From Clostridia bacterium (lineage in GTDB: Bacteria; Bacillota; Clostridia; Oscillospirales; RGIG577), in assembly GCA_017405765.1 (NCBI GenBank), contig JAFQZS010000007.1, positions 9,424 to 73,423 on the forward strand: a stretch of DNA of 64,000 nucleotides. Reading direction: 5' to 3'. Each line of letters opens with the position of its first letter. The first letter of the stretch is position 1. Shown piece by piece: positions 1 to 8,129 of the stretch. The position numbers and the translations under genes were made by a program. The notes under the pieces were generated by a model. The model was not told the origin of the DNA, ran no database searches, and worked only from the letters and a program-made list of their open reading frames with translations.

Positions 1-538
1 CGCTCGTATTTTTGCACCACACATGAAAGCCCATATACTTTACGGGTATGGCGCGCGCATAACATAAAAACGTTTTTATCGCTATGGCATGGCTTACTAT
101 GCATACGGATGCTTCGGGATTATTCTTTACTATTTCAAAGATTTTATTCGCTATGCGTATCTGAAGGTCCGAGGCGCTCTCGCCTCCCGGAGTGCTTATA
201 ATATCGGGCGCGTCGTTGAATCTTTTAAACTCCTCTTTTCGGTCCTCCATTATTTCCTTCCACTCGAGGTTTTCCCATTCGCCGCCGTTAAGCTCTCTTA
301 GCTGTGCGTCGCGGATTATCTGTATATCCCTGTCTCCGACAACTGCTCTGGCCGTCTCATATGCGCGCTTTAGATCAGACGAATAGACCGCGTCTATCAC
401 GATATCCTTAAAGCGTTCGCCCAGCCTTTCAAGCTGGATCCTCCCCTTTTTTGTGATCTCGCTGTCGTAATGGCCGTGATAGCGCATCGACGTATTGCCT
501 GACGCTTCGGCGTGACGTATAAGATATATCCTCGTCAT
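1..538 (-). CDS. histidine phosphatase family protein (phosphoglycerate-mutase-like); C-terminal part lies beyond window start
   Basis: Absent from the ORF track because there is no stop inside the window. The minus-strand ATG at 538-536 reads MTRIYLIRHAEASGNTSMRYHGHYDSEITKKG... This contains the N-terminal RHxE..N catalytic motif of the histidine phosphatase superfamily. The frame stays open to position 1. Confidence 0.75.
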   Translation of the reverse strand, partial: MTRIYLIRHAEASGNTSMRYHGHYDSEITKKGRIQLERLGERFKDIVIDAVYSSDLKRAYETARAVVGDRDIQIIRDAQLRELNGGEWENLEWKEIMEDRKEEFKRFNDAPDIISTPGGESASDLQIRIANKIFEIVKNNPEASVCIVSHAIAIKTFLCYARAIPVKYMGFHVWCKNTS

Positions 539-545
539 AATACGC

Positions 546-1463
546 TCACCACATTTTCGCCGAACCGGTAAGCTCCGATACGGACGCAACGCCGTTGTCC
601 TCCATGAACTTCTCAAGTCCGCGCTTTATCTCGATAGGCGCCAAAGGATTTACGAGCGCGGCGCTGCCCACGGCTACGGCCGAGGCTCCCGCCATCATAA
701 GCTCCACGGCGTCCTCCCCGCGCGCTACTCCCCCCATGCCGATTATGGGAAGCTTCACGGCTTCATATACGTCGTGTACCATGCGCACCGCTATCGGGAA
801 GACTGCCGGACCCGAAAGGCCGCCGGTATTGTTTTTAAGTATGGGTCTGCGCGTTTTTATGTCTATTCTCATGCCGAGCAGCGTGTTTATCAAAGAAAGC
901 GCGTCCGCGCCGCCGCTTTCGGCTGCTTTAGCTATTTTTTTAATATCAGTAACGTTCGGCGAAAGCTTTATTATCACAGGCTTCTTTGAAACGGCTTTTA
1001 CGCGGCTCGTCACCTCGTATACGGCCCTTTCGTCCACGCCGAAGGCAACGCCTCCCTCCTTTACGTTGGGGCAGGAGATGTTTACCTCAAGCATATCGAC
1101 GTCGGCGTCCGAAAGGATGCGCGCCATTTCCACATAATCCTCGACGGTATTGCCCGCCATGTTGGCGATTATTTTTACGTCAAACCCGCGAAGGAACGGA
1201 AGTTCGTCTTTTATAAAGCTTTCAACGCCGGGATTTTGAAGCCCCACGGAATTGAGCATACCCGAGGCGGATTCGGCAACTCGCGGCGGCGGATTGCCCG
1301 CCTTCGGCTTAAGGGTAAGTCCCTTTACCGATACGGCTCCGAGCTGGGAAAGGTCGAAAAATTCCGAAAATTCGCGGCCGAAGCCGAATGTGCCCGAAGC
1401 CGTGACTATCGGGTTCTTAAGCTCTACGCCGGCTATGTTTACCGCTGTATTTAACTTGCTCAC
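546..1463 (-). CDS. pyrD: dihydroorotate dehydrogenase B, catalytic subunit
   Basis: ORF 546-1505. NIAGVELKNPIVTASGTFGFG ... EVNISCPN ... GGLSG matches class 1B DHODH. I moved the start to GTG 1463-1461, which is preceded by AAAGGAGGTAATCCT and overlaps the pyrK stop (GTGA). Confidence 0.9.
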   Translation of the reverse strand: MSKLNTAVNIAGVELKNPIVTASGTFGFGREFSEFFDLSQLGAVSVKGLTLKPKAGNPPPRVAESASGMLNSVGLQNPGVESFIKDELPFLRGFDVKIIANMAGNTVEDYVEMARILSDADVDMLEVNISCPNVKEGGVAFGVDERAVYEVTSRVKAVSKKPVIIKLSPNVTDIKKIAKAAESGGADALSLINTLLGMRIDIKTRRPILKNNTGGLSGPAVFPIAVRMVHDVYEAVKLPIIGMGGVARGEDAVELMMAGASAVAVGSAALVNPLAPIEIKRGLEKFMEDNGVASVSELTGSAKMW

Positions 1464-2221
1464 AGGATTACCTCCTTTGAGTTGAATACGGGGCCGTGCT
1501 TGCATACATGCAGATATTCGTTTTCATTTTCGGCGCTTTTTACGGCGCAGGCAAGGCATACGCCGAATCCGCAGGCCATGCGCTCCTCAAGCGATATCCA
1601 CGCCGGTATGTTGTATTTGCACGCGAGCGTATGAACGGCCTTGAGCATCGGCAGCGGGCCGCATGCATATATCGCCTTATAATGATGATTAACAACAAGG
1701 CTGTGCGCCGCTCCTACCGCGGTGCCCTGTATACCGTATGAGCCGTCGTCTGTAGTTATTACTACCTCGCGGCATACGTCGGCAAATCTGTTGTGGCTCA
1801 CGAGCACGCGCTTCGACTTATATCCGAGCAGCGCGTCGCACGAATTTCCCTTTGCCTTTGCCACCATGTAAAGCGGGAACACGCCGAGTCCCCCGCCTAT
1901 AAGCAGAACGTCGCCCTGTATATCCGTATTAAAACCGTTGCCCAAAGGACCGAGCACATTTAAAAAGTCGCCAGATTTCAGCTGCGAAAGATATCGCGTG
2001 CCCTGCCCCTTTACTTCAAATATCATGCTCACGCGCGAGCCGTTCACATCGTGTATGCTTATCGGTCGTCTTAAAAAAGTATCGTCGCCGCAGGCCACCT
2101 GCACAAACTGTCCCGCATGCGCTTCTTTTGCAAGATTCTCGCATTCGATTATTATTTCATAGATGTTTCCCGCATGCCACCGCTTTGCCGCGATCTCTGC
2201 GTTATATGTTGATTTTGACAT
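1460..2221 (-). CDS. pyrK: dihydroorotate dehydrogenase electron-transfer subunit
   Basis: ORF 1460-2302. It has a ferredoxin-reductase-like fold and a C-terminal Cys cluster (MACGFGVCLACAV...CKHGPVF) typical of PyrK, and sits directly upstream of pyrD. Start set at ATG 2221-2219 (MSKSTYNAEI), preceded by AAGGGAG. Confidence 0.85.
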   Translation of the reverse strand: MSKSTYNAEIAAKRWHAGNIYEIIIECENLAKEAHAGQFVQVACGDDTFLRRPISIHDVNGSRVSMIFEVKGQGTRYLSQLKSGDFLNVLGPLGNGFNTDIQGDVLLIGGGLGVFPLYMVAKAKGNSCDALLGYKSKRVLVSHNRFADVCREVVITTDDGSYGIQGTAVGAAHSLVVNHHYKAIYACGPLPMLKAVHTLACKYNIPAWISLEERMACGFGVCLACAVKSAENENEYLHVCKHGPVFNSKEVIL

Positions 2222-2241
2222 TAAACGGATAACTCCCTTCA

Positions 2242-2300
2242 CAAAAAAGCAAAGTATGCTCTTTGCCTTAATAAGCATATCATTAAGCTTTGCGCTTTGC
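2242..2300 (-). promoter_or_regulatory. attenuator-like leader upstream of pyrK (hairpin + U-run, alternative pairing repeats)
   Basis: The minus strand reads ttGCAAAGcGCAAAGcttaatgatatgcttattaagGCAAAGagcataCTTTGCttttttgtgAAGGGAG. This is a 6-bp stem (2266-2261 with 2254-2249) followed by T6 just before the pyrK RBS. Two further GCAAAG copies (2300-2295, 2293-2288) could pair with the same CTTTGC. No PyrR box is seen. Confidence 0.4.
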
Positions 2301-2404
2301 AATATCGACGCATCTTTTTGGCGAAACGCACAAAATATAGGGTTCGGGCGGCAGGGTTTTTAATATGTACGCTTTTATACGGGAAGATATGCGGGGGAAT
2401 ATAA

Positions 2405-2439
2405 TCGCAAAAGCGGGACTGCTAAATCTCAGTCCCGCT
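2405..2439 (-). terminator. intrinsic terminator after the 599-aa surface-protein gene
   Basis: Perfect 10-bp hairpin agcgggactg/cagtcccgct (2412-2439), followed on the minus strand by TTTTG. It lies about 70 nt downstream of the stop at 2509. Confidence 0.7.
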
Positions 2440-2508
2440 GCTCTGTAAAAGTTTTATTTTTCATTAACCTGCAATGGTCATATTCGTCTCTTTTTTACAC
2501 TAATCGTA

Positions 2509-4308
2509 TCACTCAGTCAAATAAAACCTGTAATGCCCACGCCAAGCATACTTTTCATTTGCGATCATATCAACCGAAGGATTGCCTCTGCTGAACAAAA
2601 CGAAATAACCCTTAAGCCCATTCCCGTCGTAGTAGTAATCCACTACGTTTTTGCCGCAACCGAAATTTCTGTCAAGATACATTTCGAGGCATACCTCTCT
2701 ACCTTTCGCCACCGCATATTCTACGACTGCGGCGTTTTTATATGTGTCTATCTCTGCCGTCGTCATAGTCTCCTTATTATATTCGGGAATATAAATATCA
2801 GGTGCAAACGAGCTTCCCGCAAATTGCAGTCCCGAATACCAATTCATACGGATATCTTCAAGTGGAGTAAACTCTACGCCCACTTCTATAAGGCCATCGC
2901 CTAAAAATCTTGCAAAACCGTGTTCCTCTAAGCACTCGCGTCCCGTACCGTATCCATTTTCATTTTTATCAAGCTTCGCTGTATTGCCTGCTTGTACACG
3001 GTTTACCCATCGTATCTCAATGACTTTTCCCTCAATGTCGATTTCGTTCGTTTCTATACCATCTGCATAGACTTCCCACGAAATGGTACGCGCTGTCGGT
3101 GTTCCATTTTTAGGCGTATCTGTGTATATATTATGATTGCCTCCCGTCGTATTTGACGTTATAACACCCTTCGCGGGGTTGAGCCTGTCGCCATCCGCAT
3201 TGTTTTCCGCGCTAAAATCATACGGGCCTATCCAGTCAGTCATTGTGGAAAACAGCGTATTACCTTTATACGCCGCACCTGCAAAATTCATTATATTGTT
3301 ATATCCCCACTTGCGCCATGTAAAAGTGAAATCGCCGTCTGTGACAATAATGCCATCCTGAATCCTTTTTGCGCTCAGAGCTGCTTTTGGCATTATCTCT
3401 GTTATCTCACTTCCCGCTGCATACTCAATAACGCTTGCAGAATATCCAACTGCGCCATTTACGTACATTATCGCTGCATCTTTAGGTATTATGATGTAAG
3501 CCTCTTTTTCATGCCAATCCGGAAGATAGTTTCCGCGAACCAGAATATTATTATTGCTGTCAAGTATGGTATATAGGTCATATGCGCTTGAGCTCGGCTG
3601 ATATCCTATAACGTGCAAGCGTTCTCCCTCTTTAACATCGTATTTTTGACAGTAATATGACATAGTGAGTTCTGAGGTATCTATCAGTTCTTTTTTAGAC
3701 GCGCTGTAAAGTCTGCTCGTATATGTCTGAGCCGAGGTCTTTATATTTGTGTGAAACTCTGGAATCTCTCCGCTTAAAACCACGGTTTGCGTCGCACCGT
3801 CCCAGTCCACGTGCAGGCCGAGCGAATTGCCAACCGCGCGAAGCGGCAGGTACGTCGTACCGTTATATAATACGGGGTATACGACATTGCCGTTCACATC
3901 GGAAAACTCTTGTATCACGCCATTTATGATTATAGTAAAATCAGGGCGAAGCTGCGCCGTTATCTGTGTATTGCTTATTGCAGAATCAAATGCTGCAGCA
4001 GACGTAGATTTCTTCTTATCGGATGAAACGAGCGTTACTGTCTGTGTCGCGCCATCCCATCCTACATCCATGCCGAGCGAATTGCCAACTGCGCGAAGCG
4101 GTAGGTATGTCGTACCGTTATATAATACAGGGTATACGACTGTATTATTTGCATCGGTAAACGTCCTAACTTCATCATTTATAATTATCGTAAAATCAGG
4201 GCGAAGCTGCGCCGTTATCTGTGTGCCGTCTGCCGCCAAGCCCATCATGGGCAGCATGGTTATGACCATGACTATCGCCACGATAAGGCTCAATATCTTC
4301 TTTTTCAA
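2509..4308 (-). CDS. secreted protein: signal peptide, two tandem copper-amine-oxidase-N-terminal-like (stalk) domains, ~400-aa C-terminal domain of unknown function
   Basis: 599-aa ORF with a TTG start at 4308-4306 after AAGGAAGGAA. The hydrophobic N-terminus is MKKKILSLIVAIVMVITMLPMMGLAADG. The motif YPVLYNGTTYLPLRAVGNSLG, characteristic of the Cu-amine-oxidase N-terminal-like domain of clostridial surface proteins, occurs twice. I do not recognise the remainder. Confidence 0.8.
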   Translation of the reverse strand: MKKKILSLIVAIVMVITMLPMMGLAADGTQITAQLRPDFTIIINDEVRTFTDANNTVVYPVLYNGTTYLPLRAVGNSLGMDVGWDGATQTVTLVSSDKKKSTSAAAFDSAISNTQITAQLRPDFTIIINGVIQEFSDVNGNVVYPVLYNGTTYLPLRAVGNSLGLHVDWDGATQTVVLSGEIPEFHTNIKTSAQTYTSRLYSASKKELIDTSELTMSYYCQKYDVKEGERLHVIGYQPSSSAYDLYTILDSNNNILVRGNYLPDWHEKEAYIIIPKDAAIMYVNGAVGYSASVIEYAAGSEITEIMPKAALSAKRIQDGIIVTDGDFTFTWRKWGYNNIMNFAGAAYKGNTLFSTMTDWIGPYDFSAENNADGDRLNPAKGVITSNTTGGNHNIYTDTPKNGTPTARTISWEVYADGIETNEIDIEGKVIEIRWVNRVQAGNTAKLDKNENGYGTGRECLEEHGFARFLGDGLIEVGVEFTPLEDIRMNWYSGLQFAGSSFAPDIYIPEYNKETMTTAEIDTYKNAAVVEYAVAKGREVCLEMYLDRNFGCGKNVVDYYYDGNGLKGYFVLFSRGNPSVDMIANEKYAWRGHYRFYLTE

Positions 4309-4399
4309 AATTGCTCATTCCTTCCTTGTTTTATTTATCTATATAAACGCGAATACTCGCCGTTGTTTTCCGGTTTTTTAGATCAGCCTGCCCCCTATA

Positions 4400-4620
4400 T
4401 CACTGTCGAGGAGCAAAGCGACGAAGGATCTTAATGCTGAAAGATCCTTCGCTTCGCTCAGGATGACACTGAAAAGAAGCCCAGGATGACAAAGGACGGA
4501 GGCGCACGGGATGGCGCTGGGGAATACGGATCGCCGCGTCTTGGGGCGGCCGGAGAGCGGGTGCAAATTGCCGCGCCGCTTCTCTGATGCGCAAGACGAC
4601 AGCTTTTACCTTACCCTGCC
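4400..4620. repeat. GC-rich structured intergenic element (hairpin-forming repeat units)
   Basis: The sequence agcgacgaaggatctt-aatgctga-aagatccttcgcttcgct forms a hairpin. caggatgaca occurs twice (..ctcaggatgacactg.. and ..cccaggatgacaaag..), and a related gcgcaagacgaca lies at about 4587. Local GC is much higher than in the AT-rich flanks. Only short, low-complexity ORFs overlap it. Confidence 0.4.
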
Positions 4621-4754
4621 GCCAAAAGGGCTGTTTAACGCAAATTCACAAAAAAGCAGTGTTTTCGGCCCCCCATTTTTTAATTCTCTTTACTGTTCTT
4701 CGACAGAAAAAAGCCCGTTTTTCCCTCGTTTTCCTATTGTTTTACCATAAAAAG

Positions 4755-4784
4755 GTGGGGAAAAAAGTATACTTTTTTCCCCAC
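4755..4784. repeat. perfect 30-bp palindrome
   Basis: gtggggaaaaaagta|tacttttttccccac is an exact 15+15 inverted repeat centred on GTATAC. Confidence 0.9.
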
Positions 4785-4857
4785 GCTTTCTTGCACAACA
4801 AGTAGTAGTGTGCTATACTCGTATTGTCAAAATATAGTCAGTTTTAAGTGGTGACTA

Positions 4858-4877
4858 AAGTATACTTTTTTCCCCAT
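4858..4877. repeat. direct repeat of the right half of the 4755-4784 palindrome
   Basis: aagtatacttttttcccca at 4858-4877 is identical to 4764-4783, which is 94 bp upstream. Confidence 0.9.
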
Positions 4878-4889
4878 TTCTACATAAAC

Positions 4890-4925
4890 AAAAAACTCCC
4901 CGAACGGAATTTTCCGTTCGGGGAG
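4890..4925 (-). terminator. intrinsic terminator after carB
   Basis: Minus strand: ctccccgaacgg-aaaatt-ccgttcggggag followed by TTTTTTG, 15 nt after the carB stop (4941). Confidence 0.85.
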
Positions 4926-4940
4926 TTTGTCTTTCACATC

Positions 4941-7900
4941 TTATACGTCCGCGATATTCACCATTTCAAGCTCATGCGCCTTCTTGTCGAGCTTCAGACA
5001 CTCGACTACGGCGTTGGCCGTATCGAACGACGTAAGGCATACAACGCCGCGCTCTACCGACTTGCGGCGGATGCGCACGCCCTCTCTTTGGGGCTGTCTG
5101 CCGTGAGTCGAGGTGCTGATAACGTAATTTACCTTGCCGCTCTCGATGAAATTCAAGACATTGTCGTATTTGTCCTCGCTTATCTTCTTTACGCTGGTGG
5201 CGTCAATGCCGTTCTGACGAAGGTATCTCGCCGTACCGCCTGTGCCGTAGATCGCGAAGCCCATATCAACGAATTTGCGGGCAAGCTCGGGAAGCTCGGG
5301 CTTGTCCTTGTCTCTTATCGAGAAGAGAACGCCGCCGCTACTGTTAAGCTTATATCCGCTTGCCGTAAGTCCCTTTAAGAGCGCCTCGTCAAACGTGCGC
5401 GCAAGACCCAAAACCTCGCCGGTCGACTTCATCTCGGGGCCGAGCTGCGTATCAACGTCGTGAAGCTTCTCAAACGAGAATACCGGTACCTTGACCGCAA
5501 AATAATCGCTCTCTTTATATATGCCCGTGCCGTAGCCGAGGCTCTTTAACGGTTCGCCCAAGATGCAGCGCGTCGCAAGCTCTATCATCGGGATGTTCGT
5601 TACCTTGGAGATATACGGAACCGTGCGCGACGAGCGCGGGTTTACCTCGATAACATATACCTCGCCGTTATATACGACGTACTGAATATTTATAAGTCCC
5701 AAAACTTTCAGCTCTTTTGCAAGCTTGGCCGTATATTCGACTATCGTCTTCTTTATTTCGTCAGAGAGGCTGTACGCCGGATATACCGATATGGAGTCGC
5801 CAGAATGGACGCCGGCGCGCTCGAGATGCTCCATTATGCCGGGGATAAGAATGTCCTCGCCGTCGCTTATGGCGTCTACCTCGACCTCCTTGCCCATCAT
5901 ATACTTATCTATAAGTATCGGATGCTCCTGTACCTCGCGGTTTATAATGCCCATGAACTCCTTTACGTCGTCATCGTTGTAGGCGATGACCATGCCCTTG
6001 CCGCCCAGCACGTATGACGGACGCACGAGCACGGGATATCCAATATCGTTCGCCGCCGCGAGCGCCTCGTCAAGCTTATATACGCTTGCGCTCTTCGGTC
6101 TCGGTATGCCGCAGCGCTCAAGCACGCCGTCGAATATCTCTCTGTCCTCGGCCGCGTCTATCATATCGGGCTGAGTGCCAAGGATTTTTACGCCGGAATC
6201 CTTTATATGCTGAACAAGATTTATGGCCGTCTGACCGCCGAACTGTACTATCGCGCCGTCAGGCTTCTCCGTTTCGAGAATGGAAAGCACGTCCTCGCGC
6301 GTGAGCGGCTCGAAATAGAGCCTGTCGGAGGTGTCGAAGTCCGTAGATACCGTTTCGGGGTTGTTGTTTGCGATTATCGTCTCATATCCCAGATTTTTAA
6401 GCGCCCATACGCAGTGTACGGAGCAGTAGTCGAATTCTATGCCCTGGCCTATTCTTATCGGACCCGAACCGAATACGAGTATCTTCTTTTTATCGGAGGG
6501 GCGCGCCTCGTTGTCCTCGTCATATGTTGAGTAGTAATACGGCGTTTTCGCCTCTATTTCACCGGCGCAGGTGTCTACCATTTTGTATACGGGCTTTATC
6601 GGGGTCTTTATCTTTTCGCCGGAAAGCGCCTCTATCGTGCTGTCCAAAAAGCCCATCTTCTTTGCCTCGCGGTAAATGTTGGGCGTTAAAAGCTCTTCCT
6701 CAAGCAGGTATTCCATATTGATAAGGCCCTGGAGCTTGTTTATGAACCAGCGGTCCATCTTCGTTATATCGTATATTTCGTCGATCTTCACACCGCGTCT
6801 CAAAGCGGCGCAGATGTAGAATATGCGCTCGTCGTTGCACTTTTTAATGTCCTCGATTATATCGGGAAGCTCCATCTCTTCGATGTGCGGCATATACATG
6901 CGGTCAAGCTTTAACTCAATGCACCTTACAGCCTTCATAAGCGCCGCTTCAAAGCTGTCGGCTATGCACATTACCTCGCCCGTAGCCTTCATCTGCGTTC
7001 CGAGCGTTCTGTCGCCGTAAACAAATTTATCAAACGGCCATTTGGGGAATTTCAAAACGATGTAGTCTATCGACGGTTCGCTTGATGCGAACGTAGTACC
7101 CGTTACGGAGTTCTTTATCTCGTCCAAGTTATAGCCTATGGCTATCTTCGACGCGACTCTGGCTATCGGATAGCCCGTAGCTTTCGATGCAAGCGCGCTT
7201 GAGCGCGATACGCGCGGATTTACCTCGATCACGGCGTATTCAAAGCTGTCGGGATTTACGGCGAACTGTACGTTGCAGCCGCCCTCAACGCCCAAAGCGC
7301 ACACTATTTTGAGCGCCGAAGCCCTAAGACGCGCGCATTCCACGGCGGAAAGCGTCTGCGTGGGAGCAACTACAATGCTGTCGCCCGTGTGTACGCCTAC
7401 GGGGTCCACGTTTTCCATATTGCATATGGATATCGCGTTTCCCGCGCTGTCGCGCATGACCTCATACTCTATCTCCTTCCAGCCTGCCACGCACTTTTCT
7501 ATGAGTATCTGGCCTACGCGGCTTGCGCGGATGCCGGCTTCCGATATCTCTCTAAGCTGCGCTTCGTCGTTCGCGCGGCCGCCGCCCGTGCCGCCCATCG
7601 TATACGCAGGGCGCACTATTACGGGATATTCTATCTCGCCGGCAAATTCGACGGCGTCCTCTATAGTCGTTACGACCTTCGACGCGATGCACGGCTCGCC
7701 TATCTCCTCCATCGTGTCCTTGAATGCCTGGCGGTCCTCCGCCTTTCTTATGGTATCTACCTTTGCACCAAGCAGCTTAACGCCGTGTGCGTCAAGAAAT
7801 CCGCTTTCGGCAAGCTCTATGCTTAAGTTAAGTCCCATCTGGCCGCCGAGATTTGAAAGTACGGCGTCGGGGCTTTCTATCTCTATTATGCGCTTTAAAA

Positions 7901-8117
7901 CATCTATATTGAGCGGCTCAAGATATATTTTATCCGCCATATGCTTGTCCGTCATTATCGTGGCCGGATTGGAGTTTACTAAAACAACGCAGATGCCGTC
8001 CTCTTTGAGCGCCTTGCACGCCTGAGTGCCGGCATAGTCGAATTCCGCCGCCTGACCTATGATTATCGGGCCGGAGCCGATAACGAGCACTTTTTTAAGT
8101 TCCTTACGAAGTGGCAT
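4941..8117 (-). CDS. carB: carbamoyl-phosphate synthase large subunit
   Basis: 1058-aa ORF with duplicated ATP-grasp halves (VLVIGSGPIIIGQAAEFDYAGTQA... and ILVFGSGPIRIGQGIEFDYCSVH...) and an MGS-like C-terminus. It sits directly downstream of carA. Confidence 0.97.
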   Translation of the reverse strand: MPLRKELKKVLVIGSGPIIIGQAAEFDYAGTQACKALKEDGICVVLVNSNPATIMTDKHMADKIYLEPLNIDVLKRIIEIESPDAVLSNLGGQMGLNLSIELAESGFLDAHGVKLLGAKVDTIRKAEDRQAFKDTMEEIGEPCIASKVVTTIEDAVEFAGEIEYPVIVRPAYTMGGTGGGRANDEAQLREISEAGIRASRVGQILIEKCVAGWKEIEYEVMRDSAGNAISICNMENVDPVGVHTGDSIVVAPTQTLSAVECARLRASALKIVCALGVEGGCNVQFAVNPDSFEYAVIEVNPRVSRSSALASKATGYPIARVASKIAIGYNLDEIKNSVTGTTFASSEPSIDYIVLKFPKWPFDKFVYGDRTLGTQMKATGEVMCIADSFEAALMKAVRCIELKLDRMYMPHIEEMELPDIIEDIKKCNDERIFYICAALRRGVKIDEIYDITKMDRWFINKLQGLINMEYLLEEELLTPNIYREAKKMGFLDSTIEALSGEKIKTPIKPVYKMVDTCAGEIEAKTPYYYSTYDEDNEARPSDKKKILVFGSGPIRIGQGIEFDYCSVHCVWALKNLGYETIIANNNPETVSTDFDTSDRLYFEPLTREDVLSILETEKPDGAIVQFGGQTAINLVQHIKDSGVKILGTQPDMIDAAEDREIFDGVLERCGIPRPKSASVYKLDEALAAANDIGYPVLVRPSYVLGGKGMVIAYNDDDVKEFMGIINREVQEHPILIDKYMMGKEVEVDAISDGEDILIPGIMEHLERAGVHSGDSISVYPAYSLSDEIKKTIVEYTAKLAKELKVLGLINIQYVVYNGEVYVIEVNPRSSRTVPYISKVTNIPMIELATRCILGEPLKSLGYGTGIYKESDYFAVKVPVFSFEKLHDVDTQLGPEMKSTGEVLGLARTFDEALLKGLTASGYKLNSSGGVLFSIRDKDKPELPELARKFVDMGFAIYGTGGTARYLRQNGIDATSVKKISEDKYDNVLNFIESGKVNYVISTSTHGRQPQREGVRIRRKSVERGVVCLTSFDTANAVVECLKLDKKAHELEMVNIADV

Positions 8118-8129
8118 TTTTCTTTCCTC

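Noticed and set aside
4378-4805. Several 60-80-aa ORFs on both strands in the carB / surface-protein spacer
   Set aside because: They overlap the GC-rich repeat and palindromes, lack RBSs and are low complexity. They are better explained as repeat-derived.
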